The notes beneath the pieces are model-generated. The model was not told the DNA's origin, did not search any database, and was given only the letters and a program-made list of their open reading frames with translations. Shown here one piece after another: positions 58,271-64,000 of a DNA stretch of 64,000 nucleotides (position 1 is its first letter; each line of letters begins with the position of its first letter). This stretch comes from an uncultured Acidobacteriota bacterium. GTDB lineage: Bacteria > Acidobacteriota > Thermoanaerobaculia > Multivoradales > JAHEKO01. The DNA lies in contig CAVQNG010000003.1 of assembly GCA_963713825.1 (NCBI GenBank), forward strand, positions 448,001 to 512,000, given 5' to 3'. Position numbers and translations under genes: made by a program.

Positions 58271-59986
58271 ATGAGCTCGCACGCCCGCTACTCTCCAGCC
58301 AGCGTCGCCGTCGTTCTGGCCGCCGGGGCGTCTCTGTTTCTGCTAGCTGCGGTTCAGGCCGATCCCCAGGCCGCAGTGGAAACCCGGTACCTGGCTTTCT
58401 GGTCCACGGCGGTGCTGCTCTGCGCAGCGGGACTCTCGAGACAGCCCTCCTTCGAGCTTGCAGGTAGCGCTCTACTACTCGTGCTGGCGGGTTGGGCGGT
58501 ACCGTCGGGCCCTGTCAGAGCCGCGACTTTCGGCTTGCTCTTGGCTGGCGGCTTGGGACTGGCGATACACCGTCACCTCGCCGATCGCTCCGGTGGTTTC
58601 GATTGGAGCCTCTGGATACCGGCCGCTCTCGGAATCCAACTCCTCGCCAGATCCGATCATCTCCTGGCGAACCCGCTGGAGCCCAAGACCCTCGTCGGGC
58701 TGGTCGTCCTGCCCGTTGCCGCCGCCTGGAGCCTTGGCACCATCAGCCGAAACCGCGGTGTTGGCGCCGCCCTGCTGGCGGCCGGTGTCAGTCTGGTTCT
58801 CGTACCAGGCTGGAGCGTGGCCGTTGTCCTGTCGCTTCTTGCCATCGCCCTGAGAGTCGGATCTCCCATCGGGGCGGCTAGAAGCTGGCTTCGCTTCGCC
58901 GCGCTGGTGCTGCTGGTGATTGTCGCCGGCCTCTGGCACCCGAGTCTTCCGGTCGTGGTTCTCCTCACGACGCTGCTCGTGGCCACTCCGCAGGATTGGA
59001 AGCGGAACGCTGCCGTGGTTCTGGGAACGGTCATCGCCCTGATCCTCCTGCCAGGAGTTCGCCTCTGGGAGGAAAGTCTTCTTCAAGTTGGCCTGCTTCT
59101 GGTGCTGTTGCCGGCAGGGGCTCTGGTCGGAAGCAAGGATTTGCGACGAGTCATGCCGGCGGCTCTCCTGGTAGCCTTCCTGGCGGCTCGGACGGTTCCT
59201 CTGCCCGGCGCCCTGGCAGCACCTCTGGCCGCGGTAGCCCTCGCCCTTCCTCAGCAGGGGATCTATGTGGGCTTGCAGCGCATCTGGACGGGAACGCTAG
59301 CCGCAGGAACGGTACTCCTTGCGGCCTACCCTTGGCTCCGAACCGAGCCTTTGAGCGACACGCTCCGGCTCCTCGGAGTTCGAGGGGATTGGTCTTCGGT
59401 GCTCGGCGTCGTGGTCAGCTTCTTTCTGATCGGATGGCTGGTGGACCTGGCGCAGGCTCGAAGGCACAGAGCCCTACTTCCGGCGAGCGTCGCATTGATG
59501 GCTCTGGCCGTCGCCGCCCTGCTACAGCTGCCACCTGCAGGGGTCTACTCTCTGACTGGCGCCCCGGTCGTCCTGACCGCTGAGCACTACGAAGTCATCC
59601 GAGAGCTGGAGGTCGATACCCCGGTAAGCGCAGTGGTAGTCGACTCCTATCTGGAGAATTCGGCACAGCTGGCCGCGGGCACTCCGTTCGCCGAGGTCAC
59701 GCTGGAAACCGAGGATGGCAACTTCCAGCGATGGCTCCTTCGTGTCGGTATTGAAAGTGGGGAGTGGGCGGCCCGGCGGGAGGATGTGGCAAGCCGGGAC
59801 GGATTCCAGGCACCACCACCATGGCTGTCCTGGATACCCGCCGAGAGTGAGGTTTTCGCTCAGCGCTATCGTGCTCGTTGGGACCTCCCCGAATCCGTCA
59901 GGGCGACGCGTTTGACCCTCACCCGCCTTCCCGCACTGCAATCCGACGTCGGCATCGCGATCCTCGATCTGGAGCTCCGGCCATGA
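58271..59986 (+). CDS. Polytopic membrane hypothetical protein
   Basis: Long hydrophobic ORF with a soluble C-domain (GIESGEWAARR); coupled to the next gene. Confidence 0.65.
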   Translation: MSSHARYSPASVAVVLAAGASLFLLAAVQADPQAAVETRYLAFWSTAVLLCAAGLSRQPSFELAGSALLLVLAGWAVPSGPVRAATFGLLLAGGLGLAIHRHLADRSGGFDWSLWIPAALGIQLLARSDHLLANPLEPKTLVGLVVLPVAAAWSLGTISRNRGVGAALLAAGVSLVLVPGWSVAVVLSLLAIALRVGSPIGAARSWLRFAALVLLVIVAGLWHPSLPVVVLLTTLLVATPQDWKRNAAVVLGTVIALILLPGVRLWEESLLQVGLLLVLLPAGALVGSKDLRRVMPAALLVAFLAARTVPLPGALAAPLAAVALALPQQGIYVGLQRIWTGTLAAGTVLLAAYPWLRTEPLSDTLRLLGVRGDWSSVLGVVVSFFLIGWLVDLAQARRHRALLPASVALMALAVAALLQLPPAGVYSLTGAPVVLTAEHYEVIRELEVDTPVSAVVVDSYLENSAQLAAGTPFAEVTLETEDGNFQRWLLRVGIESGEWAARREDVASRDGFQAPPPWLSWIPAESEVFAQRYRARWDLPESVRATRLTLTRLPALQSDVGIAILDLELRP

Positions 59987-62193
59987 GTAGCGGGAGTTCA
60001 GTCTCTACTGCCGGGGCCCTCCTGGTGGGTGCAGTCGCGGCCTTCGCCACCCGATTTGCTCTGCCCCTCGGGCCTGAGGACCCATTTCGCGGCACACTGA
60101 TCGCCTTGCCGCTGATCCTCGCTTCGTTCGTTGCCTTGGGAAGTTGGGCCATCGCCCGCGGGGGTCGGCCGACCCCCGAACGGGTCGTCCTGTTGGAGTG
60201 GGCCTCACTCGCGTCGTTGATTCTTGTTGCTCTCGGCAGAAACCGGCTCGGACTGCTCGGTAACCCCACGGCTCTCGACGGTGTCCTGGCGGCTGGCTTT
60301 CTGCTGCTGCTGGGTCACCGTACCCTTCGCATCCTGATCGCGCTTCGGCCCTCTCTCGAACAGTCAGAATCGAAGAAACCATCGTTCGCCTTCTTCTTCC
60401 TGCCGTTTCTGGTCTATCTGGCTGTTCTTCCGTGGTCGGCGTTCCACCACGCTCCCGATGGTGACGAGCCTCACTACCTGCTACTGACCCATAGCCTGGC
60501 CTACGATCTGGAGACGGACCTGGCCAATAACTACACCGAGGAGGATTCCCTGACCTTCATGGACAGGGCTCTGGAACCGCAGTTGGGGGATCCCGTTGGG
60601 CCGAACGGTGAGATGTATTCGCGCCACAACGTGTTGCTTCCGCTCGCCTTGGCACCCGTTTACCGCCTTGCGGGACTCGGCGGGGTCCTGGTGGTGATGG
60701 CGGGCCTGGCCGCGGCGCTGGTCTGGGCGACACTGGGCCTGGCGAAGGCTTATGGCCTACTGGACCCGGTCGGTACCCTCTGGACCTACGCCATCTTCGC
60801 CTTCACGGCACCGTTGATCCTCTACTCCTACCAGGTGTGGGTCGAGGTTCCCGCGGCCTTGCTGACGGTGCTGGCTCTGACGCTTATTCTCCGCGCGGCC
60901 GACGAGGAGTCCCACGGCTGGGCAACCTGGATGCGCATCGGTCTCCCCATCCTGGCGCTGCCATTCTTGAAAATTCGCTTCGTACTGCTGGCGGGATCTC
61001 TGGTGCTTCTGGCCAGTTGGTATGCCGGTGGCGCGAAGGCCCGGCGGCGAACCGCTCTCCTCCTTGCGACTCTTGGCGGGGTCACGGTCTCGATTCTGCT
61101 GTTCAATCGACTCTTTTTTCAAAATCCGCTCAAGTACCACGACATCGACGGTTTGCGCGCCTATGCTCAGTCACCCCTGACCTACCTGCAAGGCTTCCTG
61201 GGCCTGTTCTACGACTGCGCTTTCGGGCTTTTCGCATTCGCACCAATCTGGCTTCTGATCTTGCCGGCGGCCCTATTGATGGGGTCCCACCACCGCAAGA
61301 TCCTCACCGATTCGCTCTTGATTTTGATTCCCTACCTGATGCTGCTGGCACCGCGGGGCGAGTGGTTCGGTGGGTGGTCGCCTCCCTTTCGCTACGGGAT
61401 CATCGGCTTACCCTTCCTGGCTCTCTGGCTCATTCCGTTGTTGTCCGATCGCAAAAGGGGCGGCAGACAGTTCCTCATCGCCGGTCTGGCCGCCGCGACA
61501 GTCGGGCTGACGATTGTCTGGATCGTCGAGCCTGGTTGGACCTACAACCTGGCGCATGGCCGGAGTCATCTGCTCGACTACCTGTCCAGCGCGCTGAAAG
61601 CCGATGCCGCCAGGTTCTTCCCGAGCTCGACTCGCCCACGCCTGGCAACGTGGGTCTGGCCACCGGTCACGATCCTGGCCTGCTGCCTGCTCTGGTGGGT
61701 TCCGAAACGAGGTGCCCGCACCGGATCAGCACTGGGGCTGTGTACGGTTCTCCTGATCCCGGGTCTCGTTGCCTCCAGCGCCCAGATGCGCCACACCTCG
61801 GTTGTCGAGCTCGAAGACCCATGGATCCAACCCACCGGCGGGGAGGTCCACCCCGAGCTGTGGGTGATCTATCGACCACGCTATCGAGGCGGCTGGGCCC
61901 TTCCGGCTGGAGAGAGCGTGTCGATCCCAGTGGTGCCTGGCGGTCAGCGGCTCACCCTCGTGGTGGAGCTCCAGCAGCCAACAGCAGCCATGGGTCCCGC
62001 TGTCCTGGAGGTAAGGTCAGGCGAAGAGACCCTGAAGCACCGGCCCATTCAGGCCGAGAGCAAATGGCGGCGAGTCCGAGTGGCCGATCTCCCGTGGGAA
62101 GGTGACAGCCCCCTGGTCCTCTCCATTCGGCGCCGTGTCAGGGGCACGCATCCCGAGGTTCTCTTGGATAGGGCCTGGCTCGAGTGGCGGTAG
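59983..62193 (+). CDS. GT-C-like membrane glycosyltransferase
   Basis: GDEPHYL...SL..D...DLANNY loop, EVPAAL, many TM helices. Confidence 0.65.
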   Translation: MSSGSSVSTAGALLVGAVAAFATRFALPLGPEDPFRGTLIALPLILASFVALGSWAIARGGRPTPERVVLLEWASLASLILVALGRNRLGLLGNPTALDGVLAAGFLLLLGHRTLRILIALRPSLEQSESKKPSFAFFFLPFLVYLAVLPWSAFHHAPDGDEPHYLLLTHSLAYDLETDLANNYTEEDSLTFMDRALEPQLGDPVGPNGEMYSRHNVLLPLALAPVYRLAGLGGVLVVMAGLAAALVWATLGLAKAYGLLDPVGTLWTYAIFAFTAPLILYSYQVWVEVPAALLTVLALTLILRAADEESHGWATWMRIGLPILALPFLKIRFVLLAGSLVLLASWYAGGAKARRRTALLLATLGGVTVSILLFNRLFFQNPLKYHDIDGLRAYAQSPLTYLQGFLGLFYDCAFGLFAFAPIWLLILPAALLMGSHHRKILTDSLLILIPYLMLLAPRGEWFGGWSPPFRYGIIGLPFLALWLIPLLSDRKRGGRQFLIAGLAAATVGLTIVWIVEPGWTYNLAHGRSHLLDYLSSALKADAARFFPSSTRPRLATWVWPPVTILACCLLWWVPKRGARTGSALGLCTVLLIPGLVASSAQMRHTSVVELEDPWIQPTGGEVHPELWVIYRPRYRGGWALPAGESVSIPVVPGGQRLTLVVELQQPTAAMGPAVLEVRSGEETLKHRPIQAESKWRRVRVADLPWEGDSPLVLSIRRRVRGTHPEVLLDRAWLEWR

Positions 62194-62401
62194 CGGCAGC
62201 CATCGACAGGGCAATCTTCCTGTCCACGATGCGATTCTGGGCATTCTTCCCCGCTCCCAACCAGCGACTCTCGGGCATTTTCCCAGGGCAGACACGACAG
62301 AATCCCCGAGAATTCCCTGTTCTCAAGGCAATTCTCACCGCGGTAGGCCGTCAACGAACATTCAGGCATGACTCTTGCTCTATTTGTCGAGGGGGGATCC
62401 T

Positions 62402-62572
62402 ATGCCGAACGATGATCTGAAGGCCTTTGGAGTCGAGATTCCAGCGGGTGCTGACGATGCTCAGACGATGAGCCTCGATGCAGACGTGCGAGGCTTCACG
62501 GGGCTTCTGGTTGGCCTGGCGATCGGTGTCGCGACCTGGGGCCTGATCCTCGCAGTTTGGTGGCTGGTCTAG
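62402..62572 (+). CDS. Small single-TM hypothetical protein
   Basis: RBS GAGGGG, ATG 62402, C-terminal TM helix. Confidence 0.4.
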   Translation: MPNDDLKAFGVEIPAGADDAQTMSLDADVRGFTGLLVGLAIGVATWGLILAVWWLV

Positions 62573-62656
62573 CGCCGCCAAGTGCCACCTCGGCCTCAAG
62601 TCCATTGCCTCAACTTCACGAATGACGGCCGGCAGGGGCGCCGGCCGCTTCAGCCC

Positions 62657-63673
62657 TCAGGGCCTTGACGCTGTGCGTCGTGGCAAGTCGCCCGAGATCA
62701 GGGCGAGAGTGGTCTGAACGACCTGGACCAGGGAACTGGGGTCGGCCACACCGCGTCCGGCGATGTCGAAAGCGGTGCCATGATCGACCGAAGTGCGCAG
62801 AAACGGCAGGCCGAGAGTCCAGTTCGTCGACAGGCCAAAGGCGCTCGTCTTGACCGCGATCAGCCCCTGATCATGGTAGAGGGACAGAACCCAGTCGTAC
62901 TCGCCCTGCCGCGCCCGAGCAAATAGTGAGTCTGGGCTGTCAGGGCCCGAGACATCGACTCCCTGCTCTCTGGCCCGCTCGACGGCCGGCAGCACGATCT
63001 CACTCTCCTCCGAGCCCAGGAGCCCGCCCTCGCCGGCATGTGGGTTGACGCCTGCGACCACCATGCGACCGCCCGCAGCGCGGTTCAGGAGGAGGAGTGC
63101 ATCGACCAACGCTGACTCGCGGATCTCGTCCAAAGCCTGTCTCAGCGGTAGATGAGTGGTCAGCAGGGCCACCTGCAGGTCCGGCGTCAGGAACGCCATC
63201 AGGTAATCGCGACCGTAGCACTCCAGACCCGCAGCCGCCGCCAGATACTCCGTGTGGCCTCGGAAATCGGGCCTGTGGTGATGGGCGATGGAGGCCTTGC
63301 TGACCGGCGCGGTGACCAGGGCATCTGCACACCCTTCCTGCACCGCTTCGATGCCGCCATCCAGGGCCGCCATGGCCCCGCCCGCATCGGCCGCACCTGA
63401 GCGACCGAGATTCACGGGTCTGTCCTCAGCAACAGGATCGACGACGGGGATCGACTCCAGCGGCAGTGCTTCGATCTCGCTGCGGCTTGGAACGGCGGGA
63501 AGGTAGACCAACCGCTCGACAAGAGAGCCGCCGACGGAAGAAGGCACCGCTTCCAGCGCTACCCTCTCGGCAAAAACCAGCGGCCGCCACTCCCTACTCG
63601 GCGGCTGCTCGACCAACAACTTGGTGATGATTTCTGGGCCCACGCCGGCGGGGTCGCCTTGCGTCAGGGCCAC
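62657..63673 (-). CDS. pdxA: 4-hydroxythreonine-4-phosphate dehydrogenase
   Basis: GDPAGVGPE, TAPVSK, GHTE, NPHAGE, YHDQG, RTSVDHGTA. Confidence 0.95.
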   Translation of the reverse strand: MALTQGDPAGVGPEIITKLLVEQPPSREWRPLVFAERVALEAVPSSVGGSLVERLVYLPAVPSRSEIEALPLESIPVVDPVAEDRPVNLGRSGAADAGGAMAALDGGIEAVQEGCADALVTAPVSKASIAHHHRPDFRGHTEYLAAAAGLECYGRDYLMAFLTPDLQVALLTTHLPLRQALDEIRESALVDALLLLNRAAGGRMVVAGVNPHAGEGGLLGSEESEIVLPAVERAREQGVDVSGPDSPDSLFARARQGEYDWVLSLYHDQGLIAVKTSAFGLSTNWTLGLPFLRTSVDHGTAFDIAGRGVADPSSLVQVVQTTLALISGDLPRRTASRP

Positions 63674-63683
63674 TACGGAGATG

Positions 63684-64000
63684 TCAGCCAGAACGTCGCC
63701 CTCGCCTCTTGAGCTCCTCTTCCTTGTACATATAGCGGATCTGGTGCTTGTAGATCAGCAGGTTCGGCTCACTATGGCGATGGAACTTGATCGACCCCTT
63801 GTCGTACCACTCGATCCACCCGCGCAGCTCTTCTCCGTCGACCAGCACCAGGACCATGGGAGTCCGGGCTGCCATCTGCTTGAGAAAGTAGAACTCCTCG
63901 GCATTGGTCTGCTCGGGTGGCGCCTGCTTTCGCCGAACGGAACGGGCCTGCCCGTCCTTTCTGAAATCCGATGTGTCCGGCCTGATGAGCTTGCGATTCG
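63684..64000 (-). CDS. hfq: Hfq-like RNA chaperone (start outside the window)
   Basis: Frame extends upstream: NRKLIRP...[16 protein letters not shown]...G.IEWYD...LLIYKH, an Sm-like fold. Confidence 0.8.
   Translation of the reverse strand, partial: NRKLIRPDTSDFRKDGQARSVRRKQAPPEQTNAEEFYFLKQMAARTPMVLVLVDGEELRGWIEWYDKGSIKFHRHSEPNLLIYKHQIRYMYKEEELKRRGRRSG

Overview
GC-rich bacterial chromosome window. It is most likely Acidobacteriota (Thermoanaerobaculia-like), inferred from the acidobacterial Hfq type, MIGKTLSHF-type kinase remnants and C-terminal (I/V)FxDGFESGD tails. The right end (53.6-64 kb) looks like core genome: DUF2892, PLP decarboxylase, hicBA, serS, two membrane proteins, pdxA and hfq. 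An intact tRNA-Ser(TGA) lies at 53517-53606 (-). Downstream of it, from about 53.3 kb to at least 4.6 kb, is an array of unrelated 1-6 gene cargo blocks separated by about 16 modular non-coding junctions, all in the same orientation. On the + strand a full junction reads: arm B (TGGACCAC repeats), an optional REP or GC hairpin, the 3' part of tRNA-Ser cut at the anticodon arm (often with a 50-bp T-loop insert), then arm A (10-bp-phased ACAAC/GTTGT arrays plus TGGACCAC). No integrase is visible. The best reading is a tRNA-anchored, integrase-less, integron-like cassette array built by repeated site-specific integration. It also holds a small attC cassette cluster, IS481-like scars inside REP hairpins and many truncated genes. 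All product calls come from motif recognition by eye, not database searches.
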